A stretch of 58,216 nt of DNA from a virus (lineage: Duplodnaviria > Caudoviricetes). Positions 36,159-46,028 of the stretch are shown here, in pieces. Made by a program: the position numbers and the translations under genes. The stretch covers positions 1-58,216 of IMG/VR virus record IMGVR_UViG_3300043411_002890. One strand, written 5' to 3'. How positions within the stretch are numbered: the first letter of the stretch is position 1; each line of letters opens with the position of its first letter. The notes beneath the pieces are model-generated. The model worked only from the letters and a program-made list of their open reading frames with translations. It did not search any database and had not been told where the DNA came from.

Positions 36159-38288
36159 TTAATTTTTTACTTCTTCAGAAAGAGAAGGCTCATCAGTTGG
36201 TAAAGCATTCACCGCAGTTTCATCAACTTCATAAATCTCAAATTTCTGAATTCTCTCTTTTTCATCCAAACCAAACAATTCTCCATTTCGATAAAGAACA
36301 TCGAAATATTCCATATCAATATATTTGTTTATTAAACTAAATGGAACAGATGTTTTTGCTTCAAATTCAGAAGCCACGCGATCTTTCAATTTATACTTCT
36401 CATATATAACAATTTCCTCATTATCCAAATCAATAGAATCAAAAACGGCAGTTTTAAATCCTAATCCAATCACATCATGTTTTTTAAGATCATTTAACTT
36501 GCTGAGCACAGCTTCTTTATCGGTAAGCATTCCATCTTTCTTAGATGAAATTGTAAACTGATAATCCATATCAGCCTCAGCAAACAAAAGATGCCTCATT
36601 CCACCATATTTCTTATAGTGTAGTTTATGAAACTCTTTCTTTACTTCAATCTCTTTGACTTTTTTCAAGCCATTAGCTTCTGGGGAAGTTTTATTGGACA
36701 GCTTTTCATTATCGCTCATTTGATTTAGTCCTTCGGTTTGTGTTACACTGCACGGAATTGGTGAGTGCGCAAGCGTAACCACGCCCGACGTGTCAGACAA
36801 GCCCCCCGAGTCAATCAAATCGGAGATAGACATATTGAGGTCTCTAAAATTTAAGATCGGATTCTTCGGCTCTTTTATTTGAATCCCAAAATAATCTAGG
36901 ATCCTCTTATCAGTTGTATAATTTACTTTTTTAATCGTTCCTTTTATTTTTTTCGTAAACCCGATAAGCTTTTTTATCTCTTGACTAAAGAAAGAATTAA
37001 TAAGGTCAACCATTTCCTTCTTCGGACGTAATTCAAACCCGAAACCAGTTTTTCTGCGTTCTTTAGCACCTTTACCAACATATTTTACTCCAACATAAAG
37101 TCTTTTTTCAAGCTTTAAATCAAAGAAAACTTTAGCCCAGTTTTGAAAACTATTATTTATATAATTCCAAACAGGAATGTTTTCAAATACTTCATCAAAT
37201 ACTTTTTCTCTATACTCAATAAAATCAGTAACTCGTGTTCCAGTAAACGTCTCCGTTAATTCACGTTTTATCATACTTTTTTCTAAAAGAAAAATTTCTA
37301 GGTTAAAAAATAGACGACTTAAAAGGATCTCTTGAAACTCATTTGGAATGATTCCAATGTTTAAAAGTTTTCTTGCCCAAATGTTGGATGCTTCCTTAAG
37401 CGAAAACCCTTTATTTACATTTATTTTATCTTTAAGTTTATAGTTGTTAACTGACTTACAAACCTCTTCAAGTTCTTTGAGAGAAAAATTCTCATATTTC
37501 TCCATTCTTTTTCTGATTACCAATGCTTGTTCTTTAATATCATCTAAAGTTTTTGTTTTATCCTTTGCGAACAACATTAATTCTTTAAACAAAGTAGAAT
37601 TTCTTTGTCCAATAGGTATCTTTTTAGAATTTTCAATCGTAGACTTTACCACGAATCTAACTTCACTAGATTTTTTATCGTTTTTTGCTTTTGGTATTGT
37701 TTCGACTTCTAAAGTCTCTTCGTTAGAAATTTGAGTAAGTTCAGTTTTTACCCACTCTGGTAATTCAATTGGTTTAAGGCCATTCCAAGTATATTTTTTG
37801 CCACTCGAATGAACTGACCCTGGGGCGACTACATATCTTCCGTTTGAAATAATATCAAAGCCGCGATTTGAAGGTTTTATTTTTGATTTCACTTCAGAAA
37901 AGAAATAAAAATGAACCCCTTTGCCAGTTTCAACCTCGCAGGTATTAACTTGCCTTAATTTAGTGATTAACTCACTCTCTAGTTCGACATCATCGAAATC
38001 AATGACAATGAGAGGTTTTCCACTTATTTGATTAGAACTTTTGCCTGTTTTAATTCCAAAGTTATTTGACCCAAATAATCCTCTCATCCACATTTCAATC
38101 TCGGAGGGTTTTATTGATCTATCTTTTATTATATCTTTCTTTAACCATTTATCTACTGGGTGTTTGCCAACACTTCTACATAAGTTTGAACCACAGGTAC
38201 AAATGCCCGAACTTGTTATAGTATTAAGCAATACCATCTGGAAACCAAGTTCAAAGTACATTGTTTTATAAAAGTCAATCTCACTCAT
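36159..38288 (-). CDS. Bifunctional primase-polymerase domain protein with PriCT-like region; C-terminal 186 aa may be a separately initiated protein
   Basis: CTCG..C...GKHP...NFGIKTG...VIDFD...TGKGVHFYF...DI....YVVAPGSVH.SG..YTW; GQRNSTLF. Confidence 0.85.
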   Translation of the reverse strand: MSEIDFYKTMYFELGFQMVLLNTITSSGICTCGSNLCRSVGKHPVDKWLKKDIIKDRSIKPSEIEMWMRGLFGSNNFGIKTGKSSNQISGKPLIVIDFDDVELESELITKLRQVNTCEVETGKGVHFYFFSEVKSKIKPSNRGFDIISNGRYVVAPGSVHSSGKKYTWNGLKPIELPEWVKTELTQISNEETLEVETIPKAKNDKKSSEVRFVVKSTIENSKKIPIGQRNSTLFKELMLFAKDKTKTLDDIKEQALVIRKRMEKYENFSLKELEEVCKSVNNYKLKDKINVNKGFSLKEASNIWARKLLNIGIIPNEFQEILLSRLFFNLEIFLLEKSMIKRELTETFTGTRVTDFIEYREKVFDEVFENIPVWNYINNSFQNWAKVFFDLKLEKRLYVGVKYVGKGAKERRKTGFGFELRPKKEMVDLINSFFSQEIKKLIGFTKKIKGTIKKVNYTTDKRILDYFGIQIKEPKNPILNFRDLNMSISDLIDSGGLSDTSGVVTLAHSPIPCSVTQTEGLNQMSDNEKLSNKTSPEANGLKKVKEIEVKKEFHKLHYKKYGGMRHLLFAEADMDYQFTISSKKDGMLTDKEAVLSKLNDLKKHDVIGLGFKTAVFDSIDLDNEEIVIYEKYKLKDRVASEFEAKTSVPFSLINKYIDMEYFDVLYRNGELFGLDEKERIQKFEIYEVDETAVNALPTDEPSLSEEVKN
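36772..36800 (-). promoter_or_regulatory. Candidate intragenic sigma70-like promoter
   Basis: TTGTCT-gacacgtcgggcgtggt(17)-TACGCT in a GC-rich island; GAAGGA RBS and in-frame ATG 36719 downstream. Confidence 0.5.
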
Positions 38289-38467
38289 TTAGGGATAACT
38301 GAAATTAGTACTCATGAATACCAGAGTCAATTGGAAAAACTATTCACTCGAAGGTCTTCTTTCCAGCTTGCTCTTGGAAGGTAATCCCCCCCAGGCGCTC
38401 TCTCTTATCGTACTACACACAGGGGTCTATAGATACCACAAAACCAAGTACTTAGTGATAGTGTAAA

Positions 38468-39175
38468 ATGGTTGGACTTAAAAGTAAAAGTAGATTAAGA
38501 AGAACATATGGTTATGAACGCTATGAACCAAGACCAGAAACAATAACTTATAATGATGGGACAACTAAAATAATAGATCTTACTAAATTTAGCATTGATA
38601 GACAATATTATCTGCTTTCTGGTCCGATCCAATATAATAGTTCTTCTAGTTCCTCTATCTTACCAATTGGCGAATATGAAGAATTCACTTATGCATTTTC
38701 CTCTTTTACAACAGGTTCTTCAATTTCATTTTTAACACCTTTTACAATAAAACCTATTCTAACCGTAGAAATAAATGACTCGACGAATAATTTACAGAAT
38801 GTTTCTTTTTTCTTAAAAAATGTATCTGAAACATCTTTTAATGTTGAATTTTCATCTCAATTTAGCGGCTCTATAAAATATAGAGCAATTTACTCATCAA
38901 CCTATCCAGCAATCGTAGAAAGAACACCAGATCTACCTTTAAATTACTTTACAGCTTCAGCAGGGACTTCTTTAATCAACAACGAATCTTCTAAAACTAT
39001 TACATATGCAGCCCTTCCAGAAGCTCCTACTAGCTTATTTTACTCTTTGGAAGACACTGGTAATAATTTAAGTCAAGTGACATTAGAACTATCTGGTGGA
39101 ATCAATTCAACAACTTCAAATATTAACATTTCTAACAGCACAGTTTCAAACATTAATTTTATTGTTACTAAATAA
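38468..39175 (+). CDS. Putative virion structural / tail-associated protein
   Basis: Ser/Thr-rich, beta-strand-like; first gene of a plus-strand structural cluster. Confidence 0.55.
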   Translation: MVGLKSKSRLRRTYGYERYEPRPETITYNDGTTKIIDLTKFSIDRQYYLLSGPIQYNSSSSSSILPIGEYEEFTYAFSSFTTGSSISFLTPFTIKPILTVEINDSTNNLQNVSFFLKNVSETSFNVEFSSQFSGSIKYRAIYSSTYPAIVERTPDLPLNYFTASAGTSLINNESSKTITYAALPEAPTSLFYSLEDTGNNLSQVTLELSGGINSTTSNINISNSTVSNINFIVTK

Positions 39176-39207
39176 ACTAATTTATCTTATTTATCAATAG
39201 TAATAAA

Positions 39208-41349
39208 ATGGCAATTGATTTTAGGGCGAACCAAATAAGGGTAGAGAAAATAATTTCATCTGGATCAAGTATTTTAATATACCCTTCAGGTGCTGCTTCC
39301 GATTTAACAGGCACTATCAACGGAACAATATTTCCTCAAACTGGAATTGGTTCTGACGTTTTTCTGTTTGTTTCTGGTGGAGCTACTCGCGGAGGTAGTC
39401 AAAAGAACGTTTCTGCTTTTGGTGGTATTTTGGTTTCATCTGGTGCAATCTATGCACTTGCAGGATTATCTGGTTCACTTACTAAACTTACAGATGGAAC
39501 AAGTTATCTTATTGCCTCTGGTGGAGTTACGATTGTAACAAACTCAAATGGAAGTATAACAATAGGTTTTTCAGGCTCTACTGGTGGCTCTTCATTTGCT
39601 TTCACTTCAACATCAGTTGCTTTTTCTGGTTCAACTGGTTTAACAGGAACACCAGCTTTTTATTTTAATGATAATACAAACGCATTATATCTTTATGCTG
39701 ACCAAGTTTTGACTGCAAATAATGGTCTCCAATTATCTTACAATGGAATTATAAGACAAAATTCTAGTGATCAATCTATAAAACATAATTTATCTTTGAT
39801 TTCATCGGATGCTGGAGTTGTTTCTGGTGCTGGCGGTGATGTTTATGTAAATGGTGGAAATTCTGCATTTAGAGATGACTCTTCACCTTCAACTGGTGGA
39901 ACTGTTTATTTGAATGGTGGAAGTGGATCGGCAGTAATGAATACTGTAACCCAAAATGGCGGAGCAGGAGGAGGAATAAACATTTACCCAGGTAAAGGTG
40001 GAAACTCAACAGGAACAGCTCGTGGGGGTCTTGGTGGCTCAATATTGTTTTATGGTGCGGAAGGTGGAGCGAGTACAGGAAATTTGGGTGGAGATGGTTC
40101 GTCAATAACTTTATATGGTGGTAATGCTGGGTCTGGTGGTTCTGGTTCTGGAGTAGGTGGAAACATTGTATTAAAATCTGGAGATGGTGTGTTTTTAGAT
40201 CCATATTCCGACTCTGGTTATATTTCGATCGATATTGGGTATAGAAACGCTGCGAACTCCGCATCCAATGCGAATATTAGAATAGATGAAGCTAAACTGG
40301 CAAAAAACATATTGTTCGGTTTTAGTAATTTATCAACAAACACTGTTACCGATTCTTATTTTATTGTAAGTGGCAGTAGTACTAAAAAATCTCTTTTTAT
40401 AGGAGATATGGTGGTTTCTGGAACAGCTAAAATTCACAGTGGGATCTCAGCGTCTTTAACAAATTTGCCTGATGGCAGTTCGTATTTAATTGCTGGAAGT
40501 GGAATAACAGTTGCTTCTCAATCAAATGGATCAATTTTAATTTCTGCAAGTGGGAGTGGTAGCTCTTTACCAAGTGCATCAAATGGATCAGTTTTAGCTT
40601 ATTCATCTGATACATGGTCAGCGACAAATGTAGGCAGTTTAGGACAACCATTAATTTCTTCTGGTTCTGGAAAATCTTTATTCTCGAACAGTCTTGTTCC
40701 TTTACAACTTGGAACAAATGTTGCAATCCCTTCAGATTCGGCTTTGGCTTTGGGTTGGGCTTATAGATCAATAGTTGTTAGAGATTCTGGTAATACGAGT
40801 TGGTTAGATGTTTGGCGCGCAGACGGCTCAAGTTATTGGGTATATGGAACAACAAATGGAACCTACACAAATGGATTAATCTTAACCCTTCCATCAAGTG
40901 GTCAGTTTTTTCTTACTCGCGGTTCTAGCAATCATATAACGATTAATGGAAGCGGAATTTTGACATTAGGAACAACAACCCACTCCACCGTTTTGCGCGG
41001 TGGCGCATTAACAATAGGATTAACTGCTGTTGTTGCAACGTATCAGGGTGGGGCAAGAATACCAGAAGTTACAATAAGCGGAAATACAACCTTTGACACT
41101 TCAACCGAAATGGTATTTGTTGATACAATTTCAACAGTAGTAACTGGAACTCTTCCAGCAGGTGCTGGTGGAAGAATAATATCTGTTCAAAAAGTAACGG
41201 GGTCAAACAACTATGTTATCGCAGTTACAAGTCCAGACACAATAAGAGTTGCTGGTAGCGGAAGTGCGACGACATGGACAATAACTGATACCTTTAGGCA
41301 CAGTTTAGTATATCGTTCTTTTGGAACAGAGTGGGTAGCGGAGTATTGA
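39208..41349 (+). CDS. Glycine/serine-rich tail fibre-like protein
   Basis: GG-rich repeats (GGxGG...GGxI.L.GG); duplicated motif G(L/I)S.SLT.L.DG.SYLIA..G.T...SNGSI.I. Confidence 0.7.
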   Translation: MAIDFRANQIRVEKIISSGSSILIYPSGAASDLTGTINGTIFPQTGIGSDVFLFVSGGATRGGSQKNVSAFGGILVSSGAIYALAGLSGSLTKLTDGTSYLIASGGVTIVTNSNGSITIGFSGSTGGSSFAFTSTSVAFSGSTGLTGTPAFYFNDNTNALYLYADQVLTANNGLQLSYNGIIRQNSSDQSIKHNLSLISSDAGVVSGAGGDVYVNGGNSAFRDDSSPSTGGTVYLNGGSGSAVMNTVTQNGGAGGGINIYPGKGGNSTGTARGGLGGSILFYGAEGGASTGNLGGDGSSITLYGGNAGSGGSGSGVGGNIVLKSGDGVFLDPYSDSGYISIDIGYRNAANSASNANIRIDEAKLAKNILFGFSNLSTNTVTDSYFIVSGSSTKKSLFIGDMVVSGTAKIHSGISASLTNLPDGSSYLIAGSGITVASQSNGSILISASGSGSSLPSASNGSVLAYSSDTWSATNVGSLGQPLISSGSGKSLFSNSLVPLQLGTNVAIPSDSALALGWAYRSIVVRDSGNTSWLDVWRADGSSYWVYGTTNGTYTNGLILTLPSSGQFFLTRGSSNHITINGSGILTLGTTTHSTVLRGGALTIGLTAVVATYQGGARIPEVTISGNTTFDTSTEMVFVDTISTVVTGTLPAGAGGRIISVQKVTGSNNYVIAVTSPDTIRVAGSGSATTWTITDTFRHSLVYRSFGTEWVAEY

Positions 41350-41350
41350 A

Positions 41351-42784
41351 ATGCATTCATTTATTTCGAGTTATTTTCAAATAGATAATACACCAAAAGG
41401 CATCCCAGGTCTTAGACTTTGGTTGAGATCCGATGACTTAATTCAATCGGCGGGAACTGTTTCTCAGGTTAATGATAGATCAGGCAATGGTGAACACGCG
41501 GTCCAAACTAGTCCAGGCAACCAACCTTATTACTTTGCCAGCGGAGGATTTGGAAATTTCCCATATTGGGAAGGGTTCAGCGCACCATCTTCAGGAAGAT
41601 ATTTGCTTGCTGGAGCTAATGGGGATTTTGATTTTATGCACAATGGAACAGATTGGACATTGATTTATATTGCATCAGCTCCAACTTACAATAGTTGCCT
41701 AATAATGGGAACTCAACAAGCTTCCTCAATCAATGCAGGATTCTCTGTCTGGGAATACACTAGTCCAGGTGTTCAACTCTACATGGGAAACGATGTTACT
41801 ACAGTAATCTCAAAAACTCAAACAACTGGATTTAATTCGGGCTCTTGGAACACAGCGATCCTGAAATATACAGACTCTGCAACTCCAGCATTAAGCGGAG
41901 TTCTGAATACAACAATTGAGACTACAGCGAATAAAGCCGCAACTCCAACCACTTCTTCTTCAGGTAGAAAATTTGGTGTTGGAAGCGCTGGAACTGGACA
42001 GTTCTCATCAAACACAAAGTTTGCTGAGGTTATTGTTTACAATAGAACCCTTGGAAGCAAGGAAATTGCTTCTATTGAAAACTATTTTATGAATCGTTAT
42101 ATAAAAACACCAGCAGATTTGCCTGGACTTGCTGCTTGGTGGCAAGCTGATGACGTTGTTTTGTCGGGAAGTAAAATTACACAGTTCAATGATAAATCTG
42201 GCAATGGTAGGCACGCAACAAATAGCAATGCAACGTATCAAGTCACTCAGTCTGTTGATGCTGCATACAATGGTAAAATTGTTGCTATTACAAATGGAAG
42301 TTCTAACCAAGTTTACACTTCTCCATCTTTCACAGCTTCCCAGCCTTTGACAATATTTGCTGTTGGTAATGGCAATGGAACAGACTGGGAAACCTGGATT
42401 GACTCCGCAGATGTCAATAGAGTCATTTTCAGAAAAGATCCAACAAACTACTTTACTGTATATGGAGGAACAGCAAATGTTAATATTGCTTCTGTTAATG
42501 TAAAAACCAATCCTGGGATTGGTTGGACAGAATTTAATGGAGCTTCCTCTAAGGGAAATACTAATTCAAATACCGCCACAACGCTTTCCACCAGCCCAGG
42601 AACAAACTCCCTTACTCAGCCAATTTTATTGGCTGGCTGGAGTGGCCACTATCCGCTTGTTAATGGTGCAAAATTTGCAGCCTTACTTGTTTACAACAGA
42701 GCTTTAACCACAGCCGAAAGAACACGAGTTTTAAGATATCTGTCAGAATACTATGGCATCCCAGTTTCTGGGTTATCAGTTTAA
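41351..42784 (+). CDS. Virion protein with two tandem LamG/concanavalin-like domains (putative receptor binding)
   Basis: Repeated TP...PGL..W...DD......Q.ND.SGNG.HA...(E/A)..VYNR.L...E...(YF/YL)...Y. Confidence 0.75.
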   Translation: MHSFISSYFQIDNTPKGIPGLRLWLRSDDLIQSAGTVSQVNDRSGNGEHAVQTSPGNQPYYFASGGFGNFPYWEGFSAPSSGRYLLAGANGDFDFMHNGTDWTLIYIASAPTYNSCLIMGTQQASSINAGFSVWEYTSPGVQLYMGNDVTTVISKTQTTGFNSGSWNTAILKYTDSATPALSGVLNTTIETTANKAATPTTSSSGRKFGVGSAGTGQFSSNTKFAEVIVYNRTLGSKEIASIENYFMNRYIKTPADLPGLAAWWQADDVVLSGSKITQFNDKSGNGRHATNSNATYQVTQSVDAAYNGKIVAITNGSSNQVYTSPSFTASQPLTIFAVGNGNGTDWETWIDSADVNRVIFRKDPTNYFTVYGGTANVNIASVNVKTNPGIGWTEFNGASSKGNTNSNTATTLSTSPGTNSLTQPILLAGWSGHYPLVNGAKFAALLVYNRALTTAERTRVLRYLSEYYGIPVSGLSV

Positions 42785-45247
42785 TTATTCTGCATTCAGG
42801 ATATCATTTGCCAAGTTAGCAAACTTACTTCTTTCACCTTTTGTTAATGTAATGTGTCCAACAATATCATTACCTTTGAATTTTTCAATCGCCACAATTA
42901 AACCGTTAGTAAATTTATTCAAATAGGTGTTATCTATTTGGTTTTGATCACCGAGGAAGATTATTTTTGTTCCTTCTCCAACTCTTGTAAGAATTGTTTT
43001 CATTTCATGCATACTAAGGTTTTGCGCCTCATCCACGATAAAGATACAATTTGGTATAGATCTTCCTCTGATAAATGTCGTCGCTTCAACTTGAATTATT
43101 CCTCGTTCAAATAGATCTTTCATCATAAACGAATGTTTCAGGTTTTCACCTTTTTTACCTTTTGTTGCACCTTTTGCGACGGCGTCGTCAATGTTTTCAT
43201 TTAGAAGAAATTCTAAGTTGTCTTTGAATGGCGCAATCCAAGGAGCCATTTTTTCATCTGCTGTATTATGTGTTACGATAAAGTCATCTGTAACGTACAA
43301 GTGCTCTGGATTTTCTACTCTAATACATTGAACTTCTTTTATACCAACTTTTGTTATTGAACTAATTCCAATATCAGTATCACGAATGCTATTTGCTTTT
43401 TGTAAGTTAGTATTAAATAATTTAACAGTCTTTGGAACAAAAATCTTAAATTTATATTCAGTTATGTTGCTTGTAGGTTCTACTTTAATATATCCTCCAA
43501 GACCATAAACAAGTTCAGAAATACTAGATTTAAAGTTTTTTGATTTAGTAGAATATGCTAAATCTCCATTTTTATTTGTTTTGCCGCCAATATCTATTAT
43601 ACCTTGCAACAAAGCGATTCTCAGCTCGAATGATGAGTTGTAAAGATATTCATTTGGAATCAAGTCTGATAGATTTTTATTAGAGATCGTCGCAAATTTT
43701 TCTTCTTCTTTTATTTTTTCAGTTATTTTGATATTTTTGACATTTCTATTTATAGAAAATTTATCTGAAAGTAGAACTCCTAATGTATAACCAGGAAGAT
43801 TTGATTTTGAGGATAAATTAAATTTAACGGGCTCATTTTTTGGAATAAAGAAATTTGGAATAAATTTTCCATCTTTTTCTTTCATTAAGTTTTCTTTGAT
43901 TTGTTTTGTAGAAAGAACTTTTCCTTGTTTTCCAAATTTTAACTCATCTTGTGTTTTTGCATACCACAAGTGGTCTTCACAACATTCGGTGATTTGCCCA
44001 TTTACGGTTTCAACACGAAATACTTCTTTTTTACCTTTTGGATATACTCCGATAATTTTAGTTGGTTTTCCATCTCTAGAAATTACTTTGTCTCCAATTT
44101 TAAGACTTCCCATTGTAACCCAACCTTTTGGCGTTAGGACTTTAGCATCTAAAGGTTGTGGTCCTGGTAACATTCCGATATCTTTTCCAAGAGGCTGAAT
44201 ATTTCTTGTAATTAAAATCTTGTTATATTTTCTTTGAGAAAGGGTTAATTCAAGGGCAGCAGCCATCGAGATCAAGTTTTTACCACAACCAGATTTAGAA
44301 TTAACAGAGACAAAACTAATTTTATCATCTAGAAGTAGATCAAGCAAGAATGCCTGTTCAACGTTTTTGCTTTTAATATTCCAAGCATTAGCTTGAAATG
44401 GAACATATTTCAAAGGCTGACCTGGAGCAATGAATCTTCCCGCAATTTTCGCGTCGGTTTCAGTTGACTCAAAGACTATAAATTGGTTTATGTATAGACC
44501 TTTTTCTTCTTCTTCAGTTAAGATAATTTGATTTTTGTTTTGATAAAACTTATCCATTTCTTCTTTTGAAATAGAAAATGTTTTGACGCCAGAATAAAAT
44601 TCAGATTCAGACGCAGGCATATTAAGTGTTTTTACAAGCTCTTTTGAAAGCTTCTTATAGTCTTCGCAATCTATTCCTACTGAGATTGCTTTAATTCTTA
44701 AAAGCAGATCTCTCGTAACTAAAATAACTTTTTCTTTGCTGAATTTTTGTTTATATTCTAAACAAAATTGAATTATCTTATTGTCGCCTTTAGATCCATC
44801 TAATTCTGGAATAGTGATTAAAACATTTGATTCTAAATCTTTTTGATTTAGAATTTTCAATTGTCCTTTGTTTTTCCCTATAGAGATTCCTGTTTTTACT
44901 TTTTGGCTATTTTCTTTTACTAATTCAATAAGTTGTCTTGTTATTTCTCTTGCGTTTTTACCAATATCATCTTGTTTATCTTTAAATCTATCTAGTTCTT
45001 CCACTACTATTAATGGAAGAACTATATCGTTATTTTGAAACGATTTTAAACATTCCGCATCTGACAATAGAATATTTGTATCTAAAATAAAAGTTTTCTT
45101 GTCTTCCTTTGAAACTTTTTTAGATTTTTTTACGATTTGTTTATCCACTTTTATTCCTTTTGTTATATCTTGAAATGAAACTTGAACAACTTTAACTATC
45201 TTTAGTTGACTTCGTATTGAAGATAAATCCTCTTTTAATCTTGTCAA
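42785..45247 (-). CDS. phoH: PhoH-family protein (PIN + PhoH ATPase) with intein
   Basis: PIN ILDTNILL...EELD..K...DN.I...LVTRD..LRIKA; KSGCGKN; IGMLPG|intein|TADEKM.PW; IRGRS...DEAQN...TRVG...GD..QID. Confidence 0.93.
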   Translation of the reverse strand: MTRLKEDLSSIRSQLKIVKVVQVSFQDITKGIKVDKQIVKKSKKVSKEDKKTFILDTNILLSDAECLKSFQNNDIVLPLIVVEELDRFKDKQDDIGKNAREITRQLIELVKENSQKVKTGISIGKNKGQLKILNQKDLESNVLITIPELDGSKGDNKIIQFCLEYKQKFSKEKVILVTRDLLLRIKAISVGIDCEDYKKLSKELVKTLNMPASESEFYSGVKTFSISKEEMDKFYQNKNQIILTEEEEKGLYINQFIVFESTETDAKIAGRFIAPGQPLKYVPFQANAWNIKSKNVEQAFLLDLLLDDKISFVSVNSKSGCGKNLISMAAALELTLSQRKYNKILITRNIQPLGKDIGMLPGPQPLDAKVLTPKGWVTMGSLKIGDKVISRDGKPTKIIGVYPKGKKEVFRVETVNGQITECCEDHLWYAKTQDELKFGKQGKVLSTKQIKENLMKEKDGKFIPNFFIPKNEPVKFNLSSKSNLPGYTLGVLLSDKFSINRNVKNIKITEKIKEEEKFATISNKNLSDLIPNEYLYNSSFELRIALLQGIIDIGGKTNKNGDLAYSTKSKNFKSSISELVYGLGGYIKVEPTSNITEYKFKIFVPKTVKLFNTNLQKANSIRDTDIGISSITKVGIKEVQCIRVENPEHLYVTDDFIVTHNTADEKMAPWIAPFKDNLEFLLNENIDDAVAKGATKGKKGENLKHSFMMKDLFERGIIQVEATTFIRGRSIPNCIFIVDEAQNLSMHEMKTILTRVGEGTKIIFLGDQNQIDNTYLNKFTNGLIVAIEKFKGNDIVGHITLTKGERSKFANLANDILNAE
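43265..44161 (-). mobile_element. Class 3-type intein (299 aa) with degenerate LAGLIDADG region in PhoH
   Basis: Starts PQPLDAKVLTP; WCT triad EDHLW / VQCIRV / VTHN|T; LLQGIIDIGG. Confidence 0.85.
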
Positions 45248-45494
45248 GTTCTAATTTTCGTTCTTTTTGTAAAAGATGAATGGCTCTATAAAGGTATAGA
45301 CTAACTGTTCTTAATCTTGTAAGTTTTTTCCTTGCACGTCGGCCTGCGGAAAAAATTCCTTTGTTAATAAACTTGTCAAAATCTTTATTAATAAATCTTA
45401 GAAGAAGATCATATTCTTTTTTTAAAAGATATGGATTATCTTTTATTTCTTCTAAATTTGCAGGTTTATACTTCTCAGCTTTTTTCAATGGCAT
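45192..45494 (-). CDS. Small basic protein, histone H1-like Hc1-type
   Basis: DFDKFINKG..SAGRRARKKL..LR; start at ATG 45494. Confidence 0.6.
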   Translation of the reverse strand: MPLKKAEKYKPANLEEIKDNPYLLKKEYDLLLRFINKDFDKFINKGIFSAGRRARKKLTRLRTVSLYLYRAIHLLQKERKLELDKIKRGFIFNTKSTKDS

Positions 45495-45991
45495 TACTTC
45501 TTTAAGAAGGTTATTATTATACCTATAATTTGAATTGTAATACCACCAAATGCTATCCACATTAATTTAGAGAAGCTTTCGTGAAAATCAATAGCTTTTT
45601 TTGCTTTTTCTAATTCTTTACCACCACCAACTATTTTAAGCTGTTTTGTTATTTCATTTAATTCTTTTTGTTCGGTGGCTTTATCTTTATCTTTATCTTT
45701 TTCCTCTGTTAGTTTTAAACTTAATCGATTTATATCAGAATCTATTTTAAATATTTTAGGATAAACACCAGTTTCTGGGTCCATTAGTTTTGTAACCTGT
45801 TCAGACAACCCAGAGACTTTTACACTTACATTTTGATAGTCTGAACATAGTTTACTAACATCTTTCGATAGATCATCAGTCGATGCATTTAAATTAGAAA
45901 TTTCAGAGTTTAAATTTTCTAACTTGTCCAATCTGTTTACTATTTTTATTAACAGACCTAACTGTTCCTTCTCTGTTGCTGTAGTTGACAT
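45494..45991 (-). CDS. Coiled-coil protein with C-terminal transmembrane helix
   Basis: AAGGA RBS before ATG 45991; heptad-rich; LMWIAFGGITIQIIGIIITFL. Confidence 0.7.
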   Translation of the reverse strand: MSTTATEKEQLGLLIKIVNRLDKLENLNSEISNLNASTDDLSKDVSKLCSDYQNVSVKVSGLSEQVTKLMDPETGVYPKIFKIDSDINRLSLKLTEEKDKDKDKATEQKELNEITKQLKIVGGGKELEKAKKAIDFHESFSKLMWIAFGGITIQIIGIIITFLKK

Positions 45992-46028
45992 TTCTTGTTC
46001 CTTGGTTACAAAAATTACAAGATTAATT

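Noticed and set aside
38289-38467. Divergent intergenic region as replication origin or ncRNA
   Set aside because: No iterons or convincing stable structure seen; explained by divergent promoters
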